Assembly (NCBI RefSeq): GCF_000018305.1
Contig: NC_009954.1
Span: 30,001 to 62,000, forward strand
Source of the DNA: Caldivirga maquilingensis IC-167
Lineage (GTDB): Archaea; Thermoproteota; Thermoprotei; Thermoproteales; Thermocladiaceae
Direction of reading: 5' to 3'
Length of the DNA: 32,000 nt
Positions 9,037 through 17,838 of this stretch are shown here, in pieces; within the stretch, counting starts at the first letter, position 1; every line of letters begins with the position of its first letter. Position numbers and translations under genes: made by a program. Below the pieces are notes generated by a model. It was not told the DNA's origin and searched no databases. It saw nothing but the letters and a program-made list of their open reading frames with translations.

Positions 9037-9458
9037 TACCTCTTCCTCGATTGGACGTATTCATCGTAAATCTCCTTAACCCTCCTAGCCACTAATCCAG
9101 TTCCCTTAACACCCTCCTCGGTAACAGTAACGTTCTCGCTCACTATTATGGTATTGGTTTCCTCAATGTACTTCACCATTCCTGGGAAGTACTTCTCAAG
9201 TATTTTCGCCAACTCCCTTAAGTCAATGTACTCCTCCACTAGGGCAATATCCCTAATTGCCTCTGATTTAATTAAAACCTTAGGGAACCTTTCATTCCTA
9301 TCATTGGTAACGTCAACTAGGACAATATTTAATCCCTGATCTATACCGACTAATTGCCCCCTGTAGAATGAGCCACCTATGAGGTTAACTAGAACCTTCC
9401 TACCTAACATACCCATTACCTCCGCGTTGAATCGCCTTGCTCCTTCACCAAAAGCCAT
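9036..9458 (-). CDS. Sm-like archaeal protein with a C-terminal extension (SmAP3 type)
   Basis: 140 aa. The Sm1-like segment is GRKVLVNLIGGSFYRGQLVGIDQGLNIVLVDV and the Sm2-like segment is KVLIKSEAIRDIAL. An extra domain of about 60 aa follows, as in crenarchaeal SmAP3. The stop TAA overlaps the ArcTGT ATG (TAATG). Confidence 0.7.
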   Translation of the reverse strand: MAFGEGARRFNAEVMGMLGRKVLVNLIGGSFYRGQLVGIDQGLNIVLVDVTNDRNERFPKVLIKSEAIRDIALVEEYIDLRELAKILEKYFPGMVKYIEETNTIIVSENVTVTEEGVKGTGLVARRVKEIYDEYVQSRKR

Positions 9459-9481
9459 ACCAGTGGACTTATGCAGTGGCC

Positions 9482-9489
9482 TTTTTAAA
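9482..9489. promoter_or_regulatory. Single TATA box (TTTTTAAA) placed symmetrically between the divergent SmAP3 and rpo8 start codons
   Basis: The spacer between the ATG at 9458 (minus) and the ATG at 9512 (plus) is only 53 bp. The TATA centre (9485.5) lies about 27 nt from each start codon. Confidence 0.5.
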
Positions 9490-9511
9490 CTCTAATAGTA
9501 TAAACCCACCT

Positions 9512-9859
9512 ATGTACGAGTATAGAGGTACGTATAAGGTTACGGGGATTGAGTATGAGCCTAATAATGTGGTTAAGCTTAGGCTTGAGGGTGAGGGTTC
9601 ATTAATTACCGTTGAGTTACCTGCCATTATTAATAAGTTTAAGCAAGGTGACTCGGTTTTAATATCCCTCTCCAGTAGTAAGGATGAGAATTATAAGGGG
9701 AATTGGGATGTATACATGTGGGGTATGGTGTATTACCTCGGGGAGAACTTTATGAGAATATCAATAGGCGGCTTCATACTTCACTTGGAGGGTAATGTAA
9801 GCAGTAGGCCGAATCTAGGTGATAAAATTTACGTTGGTTTAAAACTATTAACTAATTGA
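9512..9859 (+). CDS. rpo8: DNA-directed RNA polymerase subunit Rpo8 (RpoG), the crenarchaeal Rpb8 homolog
   Basis: 115 aa counted from the ATG at 9512. The C-terminal part (WDVYMWGMVYYLG...MRISIGGFILHLEGN) resembles the Rpb8/Rpo8 signature (YVMYGKVY...SFGGLLMRL). The TATA box tttttaaa at 9482-9489 lies 23 nt upstream. The longer ORF from 9437 would overlap the SmAP3 start. Confidence 0.55.
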   Translation: MYEYRGTYKVTGIEYEPNNVVKLRLEGEGSLITVELPAIINKFKQGDSVLISLSSSKDENYKGNWDVYMWGMVYYLGENFMRISIGGFILHLEGNVSSRPNLGDKIYVGLKLLTN

Positions 9860-9875
9860 TATTTTATTATCTTAG

Positions 9876-11549
9876 TTACTCAAAGCTTCCTGATGAACCA
9901 GCCCCCTCCTCCCCCTCCTTCTTACCCTTCTCACCGCCGCTTTCAATCTTACTTGCGGCAATTATCTCATCAATCCTAAGGATCATTGATGTAGCCTCCA
10001 CAGCAGCCTTATAGGCCTGGGTCTTAACAACCAGTGGTTCAATAATGTTCATTGCAACCATGTCAGCCACCTTACCGCTGAAGGCGTCAATACCGTACTT
10101 CCACCCATCCTCCCTGCTCTCATGCATGTGCCTAAGCTCAGTGAGTATATCTACTGCATCAAGGCCGGCGTTCTCCGCAAGTGTCTTAGGCACTGCCTCT
10201 AATGCGTTAGCGAAGGCCTCAATTGCGTACTGCTCCCTACCACTAACCTTAGCCGCCAACTGCCTAACTGCCTTTGCTGCCTCAATCTCAGGTGCACCAC
10301 CGCCTGGTACTATGAATGGGTTCTCTATTACATCTGATACTACACTTAAGGCATCTGTTAGATTCCTCTCAGCTTCATCAACCAGTCTCTCAAACCCACC
10401 CCTAATGAGGATGCTCACTGCCTTCGGGTTCCTGCACTGTTCAACGAACACCATCTTCTCATCCCCAACCCTCCTCTCCTCAACAAGACCAGCGAAGCCT
10501 AGGTCATTCTCAGTTAAATCATCTATATTAGTTACCAGTCTCCCTCCAGTTGCCCTAACAAGCTTCTCAATGTCACTCCTCTTAACCCTCCTAACAGCCA
10601 TAATACCGGCCTTAGCCAGGTAGTATTGGGCTATGTCATCAATACCCTTGGTTGTGAAGACTACATTGGCGCCTATTGACTTAAGCTTATCAACGTAACC
10701 CCTCAGTATATTCTCCTCCTCATCTAGGAACGCCTTAATTTGGGTTGGGTCCTGGATCCTAATCTCTGCATCAATCTCAGGCTTCTCAACCTCAAGTGGC
10801 GCATCAAGTAGAGCTATCTTAGCGTTAGTGATCTTCTTAGGCATTGCGGCATGAACAACCTCCTTATCAACAACCACACCCTGAATGAGTTGAGTATCAA
10901 GTAGACTGCCGCCGTGCTTCTTAACTAATTGAACATTATCCAAGTCCGCAATCCACTTATCACCCCTCTGCTCCTTAATCATTGATACTGCCCTGGCCGC
11001 TAATTCAGCGAATTGATCCTTAACGGTTTCACTAATCTTACCATGCATTGAGGTTGCAGCAACCTTCTTAAGAACATCAATATTATCCCTATCCACTGGG
11101 GTAGCTATCTTGGTTAAGTACTGGATTGCGGCGTCAAGACCCTTCTTAAAGCCTGATATTATTACGGTTGGGTGAATGTTCTTCTCAATCAACTTCTCAG
11201 CCTCATCAAGCAGCGCCCCAGCTAATACTACTGCTGTGGTTGTACCGTCACCAACCTCATCATCCTGCGTCTTAGCTATCTCAACAAGCAGCTTACCTAT
11301 TGGGTGCTGTACATCCATTTCATTAAGTATTGTTGCGCCATCATTGGTTATAGTTATGTCACCGAGGCTATCAATAAGCATCTTATCCATGCCCTTAGGC
11401 CCCAGTGTAGTCCTCATTACCTCTGATACCGCCTTAGCAACCATTATGTTTATCCTAAGCGCCTCCTTACCAAAGGCCCTCTGCGTCCCCTCCTTAAGTA
11501 CTAGTACAGGGACTCCACCTATCTGAGCAATGTAGGCCTGCTGACTCAT
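9876..11549 (-). CDS. ths: Thermosome subunit (group II chaperonin)
   Basis: 557 aa with the motifs [21 protein letters not shown] and VPGGGAPE, and a C-terminal Gly/Glu/Ser-rich tail. The TATA box tttatata (minus-strand sequence) lies about 25 nt upstream of the ATG. Confidence 0.95.
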   Translation of the reverse strand: MSQQAYIAQIGGVPVLVLKEGTQRAFGKEALRINIMVAKAVSEVMRTTLGPKGMDKMLIDSLGDITITNDGATILNEMDVQHPIGKLLVEIAKTQDDEVGDGTTTAVVLAGALLDEAEKLIEKNIHPTVIISGFKKGLDAAIQYLTKIATPVDRDNIDVLKKVAATSMHGKISETVKDQFAELAARAVSMIKEQRGDKWIADLDNVQLVKKHGGSLLDTQLIQGVVVDKEVVHAAMPKKITNAKIALLDAPLEVEKPEIDAEIRIQDPTQIKAFLDEEENILRGYVDKLKSIGANVVFTTKGIDDIAQYYLAKAGIMAVRRVKRSDIEKLVRATGGRLVTNIDDLTENDLGFAGLVEERRVGDEKMVFVEQCRNPKAVSILIRGGFERLVDEAERNLTDALSVVSDVIENPFIVPGGGAPEIEAAKAVRQLAAKVSGREQYAIEAFANALEAVPKTLAENAGLDAVDILTELRHMHESREDGWKYGIDAFSGKVADMVAMNIIEPLVVKTQAYKAAVEATSMILRIDEIIAASKIESGGEKGKKEGEEGAGSSGSFE

Positions 11550-11639
11550 ACGTGCCCTTAAAACCGCTTCTATATAAACCTTTCCTAATGTAGCGGAAGT
11601 AAAGACACATGTTAAACCAGCCTAAAAGCAACATGCACT

Positions 11640-11673
11640 AAATCCTTAATAATCACGGGGTTATTAAGGATTT
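11640..11673. promoter_or_regulatory. Perfect 13-bp inverted repeat with an 8-nt spacer, abutting the Nudix start codon
   Basis: AAATCCTTAATAA (11640-11652), spacer tcacgggg, TTATTAAGGATTT (11661-11673), followed directly by the ATG at 11674. The left arm contains the likely TATA box (CTTAATAA). Confidence 0.45.
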
Positions 11674-12141
11674 ATGATACTCCTTGAAACGTTACTATAC
11701 ATAATTAAGAACGGTAAAGTACTGCTAATAAGGAAGAAGAGGGGATTAGGTGCCGGTTACTTCAATGGTGTTGGCGGTAAGGTTGAGGATAATGAGGATG
11801 TTAACAATGCGGCAATCAGGGAATGCATAGAGGAGATCGGCGTTAAACCAAGGGGATTAAAATGGATGGGGCTCCTGGAGTTCTGGAACTACGATAATAA
11901 TGCGATTGAATCCATTCACTTCGTTCACGTATTCACAGCCAGTGATTACAATGGTGAACCCAGGGAGAGTGATGAAGCTGAGCCACTTTGGTTTAACATT
12001 AATGAAATACCCTTCAACTCAATGTGGGAGGATGACTCACTCTGGCTACCCTTAATTTTAAGTGGACGAAGAATATACGGTAGATTCATTTTTAATAAAT
12101 GGAGGATGATAAGTCATGAAGTTCACTCAATCTGCACTTAA
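11674..12141 (+). CDS. Nudix hydrolase, MTH1/NUDT1-like (probable oxidised purine nucleoside triphosphatase)
   Basis: The Nudix box is complete: GKVEDNEDVNNAAIRECIEEIGV fits G-x5-E-x7-R-E-U-x-E-E-x-G-U. The segments GAGYFNGVGGKVE and MWEDDSLWLPLIL...GRFIF resemble human MTH1 (WNGFGGKV and MWPDDSYWFPLLL). Confidence 0.8.
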   Translation: MILLETLLYIIKNGKVLLIRKKRGLGAGYFNGVGGKVEDNEDVNNAAIRECIEEIGVKPRGLKWMGLLEFWNYDNNAIESIHFVHVFTASDYNGEPRESDEAEPLWFNINEIPFNSMWEDDSLWLPLILSGRRIYGRFIFNKWRMISHEVHSICT

Positions 12142-12313
12142 CGCTCATCGTTAACTCAGTAGACTATTAATTATTCAAGCACCCTGCGCCTTAATTTCAT
12201 TTAACTAATCTAATTCTATATACTATGTCAAGTTTTATACTTGCACTATACAAAATGTAAGGAGAATTAACCCTATGGGTAATGCTTAAATATACCCTAT
12301 TAGCTAGCCCACT

Positions 12314-14539
12314 GTGCACTACGTAGAACGCCTTGATAATATAAGGATTATAAATAGTTTCCTAAAGATACTCAATAAAGATTATACAAGAGACTTCTGG
12401 AGCAGTAGCGTTGTTGAGGAGATTAGGCAAATGGCAGTGACAGGGAAGCCTATTAGAATATTTAGAAGGGGGGTTAGGGCTTATAGAATCCTTGATAGGT
12501 TAAGCTTCGGTAAGGATGAAATTATTCTAAATGGGGATGAGACCCATAGCTCGGATTTAACAACCACAATTAGTGGTATTGAGGTTGCTGCACCTATATA
12601 TATTGGTGACATGTCATTCGGCTCACTCTCAGGGGTCCCTAATGTTGTTGTGGCCGAGGTTGCTGATGAACTCAACCTAGTAGCCGGAACAGGGGAGGGG
12701 GGTCTTCACCCTGATGTTGCTAAGCATAGGAGGATATTTGTTCAATGGGCCTCAGCTAGGTTTGGGGTTGACATAGATGTATTAATGAGGGGGTTAGGTA
12801 TAGTGATTAAGATTGGGCAGGGTGCTAAACCCGGTATAGGTGGGCACCTGCCTGGTAGTAAGGTGACTGGGGTCATTTCAATGGTTAGGAGAATACCCAT
12901 TGGTGTTGATGCCTTATCTCCAGCTCCTCACCATGATATATATTCAATAGAGGATCTTAAGCAGAGGATTGATGCGCTTAAGGAGGCTACAGGTAAACCA
13001 GTCTTAGTTAAGATAGCTGCCACTAATTACGCCCCCTACATTGCCGTTGGGATAGCTAGAATGGGTGCCGATGGGGTGATAATTGATGGACACGGCGCCG
13101 GAACTGGAGCGGCACCACAGGTTGTTAAGGATAACGTGGGTGTACCCATAGAACTGGCCATAGCCTCAGTGGATAAGATGCTTAGGAGGGAGGGGCTTAG
13201 GGATGAGGTTACGGTAATAGCCTCGGGTAGGGTATCGTCGGCTGATGATGCCGCTAAGATTATGGCTTTAGGCGCTGATGCTGTTGCCTTAGGTACATCA
13301 GTGTTGAACTCAATGGGATGCATTATGGCTAGGACATGCCACACAGGTAATTGCCCAGCCGGCATAACCAGTAGGTTAGCTGATGGCTCAGTGGTGGTTG
13401 ATCATGACTTAGCCAAGAGGGCGGTAATGAATTACCTTAAGGCATTCCAAGTGGAGTTGGGGCTAATTCTTGATAATTTAGGCTTAAGGAGTGTAAGAGA
13501 GCTTGTTGGGAGGAGGGACTTACTTAAGGGGCATTGCATAACCGGTGAATTAACTAAGATACTTGATGTTGAAGGGGAATGCACTGGTGAATTACCGTTA
13601 AGGAACAGTGGCTCAGTATGGACCCCAGACTACTCAATTTACGCAAGTCAACTGGCTAAGAAGGGTGATGTAGTCATAAGCAGTATGGGTAGTACAGGAC
13701 CCCCTGAGGTTGAGCCACCTAAGAGGCTTATTGATTGGCTTAGGTTAGATGGAGCCCAGGTTACTAAACCATCAATAGACCCCTATAGGGAGGATATAGA
13801 TATGTCAGTTTACCTGGCGGGAGGGAGGTTACAGTTATCGGCGCCATTAATAATTAGGCCACTTACTACCTGGAGTCCTGAGCAGATTGAGAAAGCTAAA
13901 TTCGTGGCGCATCTAATGGACTTAGCCATAGACCTGTACGGGTTTAGTAATCCATCAAGTAAGCATTCATCAAGAGTCATGTGGAATAAGTGGGTTAATG
14001 GAATTGGGGCATTAGTGCTTGATTTAAGGGACTTAAACGGCGTGAAGACTATATATGAGTATGATTCACCAATATACATTAGACTACCCCCATTACTAAA
14101 CCCGATTAAAGCCGTTGAACCCTACTTAAACCAAATCTCAGGCATCATAATAGATGATGCATTAAACGGTGAAGTGGACCCAGAGGTTTCAGTGGTTAAC
14201 GCTGATCTTGAACTTAGGAGGAGGGGGATTAGGTATAGTGTGGATGTAATAATTCACATGACATCCCTCAGGAGCTCAGGGGATGCGGTTAAGTTGGCTG
14301 CATTAGGCGCCGACGCCGTGGAGGTGAGCTCAATAATAGGTAAGGCTGTTACCGCGGATGGGTTTGAGGATAAGTTAATAAACATTATTAATGGTTTAAG
14401 GAGGGAAATGGCTCAACTCCTTGGGGCAGCAGGCGTATACACTTATTACTCAACAATCGTTGGTAATAGGGAGTTGCTGAGAACCCTTGACCCAAGGGTT
14501 AAGGAACTACTTAAGGTTAAGGTGGCTGGGGAATGGTGA
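12314..14539 (+). CDS. Archaeal-type glutamate synthase, FMN-binding/synthase domain protein with a long C-terminal extension
   Basis: 741 aa. GltB FMN-domain motifs are present: GDMSFGSLS, GTGEGG, IKIGQGAKPGIGGHLPGSKV, SPAPHHDIYSIEDL, and the Fe-S-type motif GCIMARTCHTGNCPAGI. The start is GTG at 12314, with the TATA-like element cttaaatata about 20-28 nt upstream. Confidence 0.85.
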   Translation: MHYVERLDNIRIINSFLKILNKDYTRDFWSSSVVEEIRQMAVTGKPIRIFRRGVRAYRILDRLSFGKDEIILNGDETHSSDLTTTISGIEVAAPIYIGDMSFGSLSGVPNVVVAEVADELNLVAGTGEGGLHPDVAKHRRIFVQWASARFGVDIDVLMRGLGIVIKIGQGAKPGIGGHLPGSKVTGVISMVRRIPIGVDALSPAPHHDIYSIEDLKQRIDALKEATGKPVLVKIAATNYAPYIAVGIARMGADGVIIDGHGAGTGAAPQVVKDNVGVPIELAIASVDKMLRREGLRDEVTVIASGRVSSADDAAKIMALGADAVALGTSVLNSMGCIMARTCHTGNCPAGITSRLADGSVVVDHDLAKRAVMNYLKAFQVELGLILDNLGLRSVRELVGRRDLLKGHCITGELTKILDVEGECTGELPLRNSGSVWTPDYSIYASQLAKKGDVVISSMGSTGPPEVEPPKRLIDWLRLDGAQVTKPSIDPYREDIDMSVYLAGGRLQLSAPLIIRPLTTWSPEQIEKAKFVAHLMDLAIDLYGFSNPSSKHSSRVMWNKWVNGIGALVLDLRDLNGVKTIYEYDSPIYIRLPPLLNPIKAVEPYLNQISGIIIDDALNGEVDPEVSVVNADLELRRRGIRYSVDVIIHMTSLRSSGDAVKLAALGADAVEVSSIIGKAVTADGFEDKLINIINGLRREMAQLLGAAGVYTYYSTIVGNRELLRTLDPRVKELLKVKVAGEW

Positions 14540-16545
14540 TTGTGAACTATTACCCATCATCATGCGGAATACTAGGCATTATTAGGGCAGGCAACGCACC
14601 AGGCATAAGGGGTAGTGATGTAGTTGAGGCAATAAGTGCAGTCAAGTATAGGGGGGTTGGGCTTGGGGCTGGTTACGCAGCCATGAGGATTAATGGCCAT
14701 GATAAGTATAGGGTTGGGTTATTTACCATTAATGAACACCACAATGACGTTGAAAACCTAATCACTGAACACTTAAGCAGTAATGGAGCCAAGGTGGTTA
14801 ACGTTAAGGTGAGGGGTAAGGTCGGTAAGGTGATTGATACTGAGTATGAGTTAGAGGGCGTGGATGGTAATATTGATCATTTAATGCATGAAATCAACAA
14901 TAGGTTATGGGAACTGGGGGGAATAGGTAGAGTTTACTACTGGGGGAGGCATATAACAGTCTTCAAGGGTATTGGACACCCTGATGAGGTGGCTAAACTA
15001 TACGGTGTTAATGATTACGAGGCTGATGCATGGGTGGCGCATACGAGATTCCCAACCAATTCACCAGGTCACTTACCCTACTGGTCACACCCCTTCGCCT
15101 TAAATGATACCGCAATAGTACATAACGGTGAATTAAGCTCCTACGGCGTAAACGCAGTGCATCTGGGAGTCACAATAGGGGTTAGGGGGCTTGTTGGCAC
15201 TGATAGTGAGGCTGTAGCCTACATATTCAATTACTTGGTTAAGGTAATTGGACTAGACATTGAAACTGCGGTGAAGGTTCTTGTTAACCCATCCCTCAGG
15301 GGGATTACTGATCCATGGTTAATAAGGCTACTTAACGAGTACAGGTGGGCTAGGCTTGATGGACCCTTCACAATAATAATGATGATGCACCACATGAATG
15401 ATATCTACCTAATAGCCCTAGCAGATAGATTTAAGCTAAGGCCAGTGGTTATTGGTTACGATGGCCAATACTACTACGCCGCCAGTGAGGAGGCTGAAAT
15501 TAGGGCAATCTCCCCAAATGCAAGAGTCTGGACTCTTGAGCCTGGTGGTTACTTAATAGTATCACTTAAGAGGGGGGTGGTGTCATGGGGTAGGCCTAAG
15601 GAGCAGTTGGATGTATTCTTCCCACCTAGGTTGTTCCCAAGGCAGGTAAACGGGGATGTAATTAACGCTGAGGGTTTAGGGTATAGGGAGATTAATGAAG
15701 AGATACTTAGAAGGATTATGAATGGAAGTAGACTCGTCAGGGTGATTAACGTTAATGGTCAAAGATTCATAGGCGTTAACCTACCTAGGTATAAGCTTAA
15801 GGATGTTAGGGTTGAGATATATGGTACACCAGGCAATGCATTAGCCAACTTAAATAATGGCGTTGAATTCGTGGTCTACGGTAATGCCCAGGATGATGTA
15901 GCTGACACAATGCACGATGGTAAGGTTATTATCCACGGTGATGCAAGGGATGTTCTTGGACAAGCCTTCCAAGGCGGTAAAATATTCGTTAGGGGTAATG
16001 CAGGTAATAGGGTTGGGGTACAGATGAGGGAGTACTCCAATAGGAGACCGTACTTAATCATTGGTGGTAGGGTTGATGACTACCTGGGTGAGTACATGGC
16101 TGGTGGAGTCATAGTGGTTTTAGGCATTGACGCCTATAGGGCTGGTAAGGACGTTGAATTAACGGGTAATTACGTGGGGAGTGGTATGGTTGGTGGTAGA
16201 ATATTCATTAGGGGTAAGGTTGATTACAGTAAGGTTGGCTTAGCACCATCGAAACATGAGGTAAAAGTACTGGTTGAAGCCTTAAGGGAGGAGGGTTACC
16301 CTGAGGACACCATTAATGAGTGGTTGAATAGGGTTCTTCAGGTTAGTCATGTACCAAGGCCAATGGCTAATTACAGGGAATTAACCGAGGATGAGGTTAG
16401 GGAATTAAAGCCAGTACTCATGGATTACGCCAGGGAACTTAACATTGATGAGAATCTTATTGATGACTTAATAGGTGAAAAATACACTATCATTAAGCCA
16501 GGCATCAAGGGGGTTTTAACACAGGGCTATAAGGGATTTGAGTAA
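14533..16545 (+). CDS. Archaeal-type glutamate synthase, class-II glutamine amidotransferase domain fused to the GXGXG (GltB C-terminal) domain
   Basis: 670 aa. CGILGII follows a 10-residue leader, which is typical of an Ntn/class-II amidotransferase. The C-terminal half has beta-helix GXGXG repeats (YGTPGNALANLNNGVEFVVYGNAQDDVADTMHDGKVIIHGDARDVLGQAFQGGKIFVRGNAGNRVG). The gene overlaps the upstream gene by 7 nt, and an AAGGTGG Shine-Dalgarno-like sequence precedes the ATG. Confidence 0.85.
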   Translation: MVIVNYYPSSCGILGIIRAGNAPGIRGSDVVEAISAVKYRGVGLGAGYAAMRINGHDKYRVGLFTINEHHNDVENLITEHLSSNGAKVVNVKVRGKVGKVIDTEYELEGVDGNIDHLMHEINNRLWELGGIGRVYYWGRHITVFKGIGHPDEVAKLYGVNDYEADAWVAHTRFPTNSPGHLPYWSHPFALNDTAIVHNGELSSYGVNAVHLGVTIGVRGLVGTDSEAVAYIFNYLVKVIGLDIETAVKVLVNPSLRGITDPWLIRLLNEYRWARLDGPFTIIMMMHHMNDIYLIALADRFKLRPVVIGYDGQYYYAASEEAEIRAISPNARVWTLEPGGYLIVSLKRGVVSWGRPKEQLDVFFPPRLFPRQVNGDVINAEGLGYREINEEILRRIMNGSRLVRVINVNGQRFIGVNLPRYKLKDVRVEIYGTPGNALANLNNGVEFVVYGNAQDDVADTMHDGKVIIHGDARDVLGQAFQGGKIFVRGNAGNRVGVQMREYSNRRPYLIIGGRVDDYLGEYMAGGVIVVLGIDAYRAGKDVELTGNYVGSGMVGGRIFIRGKVDYSKVGLAPSKHEVKVLVEALREEGYPEDTINEWLNRVLQVSHVPRPMANYRELTEDEVRELKPVLMDYARELNIDENLIDDLIGEKYTIIKPGIKGVLTQGYKGFE

Positions 16546-16551
16546 TTTCAA

Positions 16552-16917
16552 CTAACCCTTAACAACAGCGATTACATCAACTTCAACCAATGCCCTTGAA
16601 TCAATCATACCGGTAACAACAGTGGTTCTAGCAGGCCTACCCCTAAAGTACTCGCTGAATAACTTATTCATTGCATCAAAGTACTTGGCATCAGCTAAGT
16701 AAACAGTGACCTTAACAACATTATCTAATGATGAACCAGCCTCAGCCAGTATTTTGCTAATTTTATTAACAGCATTCCTAAACTGCTCCTCAAAGGGCAA
16801 ATCCTTACCTGGAATAGTACCCAACTGCCCTGATACGAAGACTAACCCATTGGCAATCACTGCATGGGAGTATGGACCAGCCTTAGGTAATCCCTCTACA
16901 TCAATATTCCTAATCAT
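16552..16917 (-). CDS. ridA: RidA/YjgF/TdcF family reactive-intermediate deaminase
   Basis: The motifs GPYSHAVIANGLVFVSGQLG and ARTTV...VEVDVIAV are present. I prefer the ATG at 16917 (MIRNIDV...) because the TATA-like element cttaaaaac (minus-strand sequence, 16938-16949) lies 21-32 nt upstream. The longest ORF would start at 16959. Confidence 0.85.
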   Translation of the reverse strand: MIRNIDVEGLPKAGPYSHAVIANGLVFVSGQLGTIPGKDLPFEEQFRNAVNKISKILAEAGSSLDNVVKVTVYLADAKYFDAMNKLFSEYFRGRPARTTVVTGMIDSRALVEVDVIAVVKG

Positions 16918-17055
16918 CAAGGGCACTGGGTAATACTTGTTTTTAAGCGTATCACACATAATGCATGAAAACAGTGATGGGGAATTAAGTGAAGTATAAT
17001 GGATTTAAGCTTAAAAAGATATGAATTATCATTTAAAATTATTAGGTGATTTTAA

Positions 17056-17772
17056 GTGATTCCAGAAGGCTTAAGTAAGGTTAGTGAACTAGCCTTAGTA
17101 TCATTTAGATTTAGACATAAGGGTGACTGGACACTATGGACTAGGATGATTAATGCACACTTCATAAGCACTGCCTGGTACCCAATAATTGATTACGCCA
17201 ACATTGAGGTAATTAACGTTAAATGGATTGATAAGGGGTCTAGCATACATGAGTACTTCACTAAACTCAGCAAGAGAGGCTTAATTTATGATGTTGGCTT
17301 AGTAAGGAAGATTACCAGTAACATGTACCTAGTGGGGTTCATGGGTCCATACCGAAATACTGTTAGGGAAAGATTAATATTGAATAATATACTTTACTTT
17401 AAGTCAACAATCCATGATGGGGTTCAGGACTGGTTAATACTAGCACCATTAAACAAGGTTAATGACTTTAAGGAGTCCCTAAAGAATATAGGTAAATTAG
17501 TGAATTTTAGAGCGCAACCCATCACAAATATAAGGGATATTATGCGGATAATAATTAGGAATAATAATCTAATTGACTATGTTAAATTAGCGTTAACTAA
17601 CAATGAACTTAAAACCCTAAGGAGTGCTTGGGAACTTAAGTACTTTGACTTGAATAATAGGTCAACGCTAAGTGAAGTATCAGCAGCACTCAATAAGGAT
17701 AAGTCAACCGTGGATAGGCAAATTAAGGAATCTATAAGGAAGATAATTTACTACATAATGAGTATTATGTAA
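17056..17772 (+). CDS. Transcriptional regulator with a C-terminal HTH_10 (bacterio-opsin-activator-type) domain
   Basis: 238 aa. The C-terminal segment LTNNELKTLRSAWELKYFDLNNRSTLSEVSAALNKDKSTVDRQIKESIRKII follows the HTH_10 pattern (LT..Q.e.L..A...GYFd.PR...l.elA..lg.s.st...). The start is GTG at 17056. The N-terminal domain is unassigned. Confidence 0.6.
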   Translation: MIPEGLSKVSELALVSFRFRHKGDWTLWTRMINAHFISTAWYPIIDYANIEVINVKWIDKGSSIHEYFTKLSKRGLIYDVGLVRKITSNMYLVGFMGPYRNTVRERLILNNILYFKSTIHDGVQDWLILAPLNKVNDFKESLKNIGKLVNFRAQPITNIRDIMRIIIRNNNLIDYVKLALTNNELKTLRSAWELKYFDLNNRSTLSEVSAALNKDKSTVDRQIKESIRKIIYYIMSIM

Positions 17773-17795
17773 TTAAATGCAACAAATTGCAAGTA

Positions 17796-17818
17796 ATGCT
17801 TAATAAATTATTGAGCAT
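17796..17818. promoter_or_regulatory. 23-bp palindrome ATGCTTAATAAaTTATTgAGCAT overlapping the presumed TATA box of the solute-binding-protein gene
   Basis: The arms are 11 bp with one mismatch around a central A. It lies between the HTH_10 regulator stop (17772) and the SBP ATG (17839). Confidence 0.45.
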
Positions 17819-17838
17819 CAAATAATATGGGATGACAC

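Noticed and set aside
9437-9511. N-terminal 25-residue extension of the rpo8 ORF
   Set aside because: It would overlap the SmAP3 start codon and the shared TATA box. The ATG at 9512 fits the promoter geometry.
10045-11526. Plus-strand ORFs 10045..10623 (192 aa) and 11176..11526 (116 aa)
   Set aside because: Both lie entirely antisense to the thermosome gene. Their translations are S/A/L/T-rich low-complexity sequences with no motifs.
17188-17195. Additional ATTGATTA copies (17188-17195, 28237-28244, 28908-28915, plus reverse-complement copies (TAATCAAT) at 6635-6642 and 27582-27589)
   Set aside because: Most are inside coding sequence and are explained by Ile-Asp-Tyr or Ile-Asp codons in an AT-rich genome. 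I treat them as background and use them as a caveat on the purine-motif finding.
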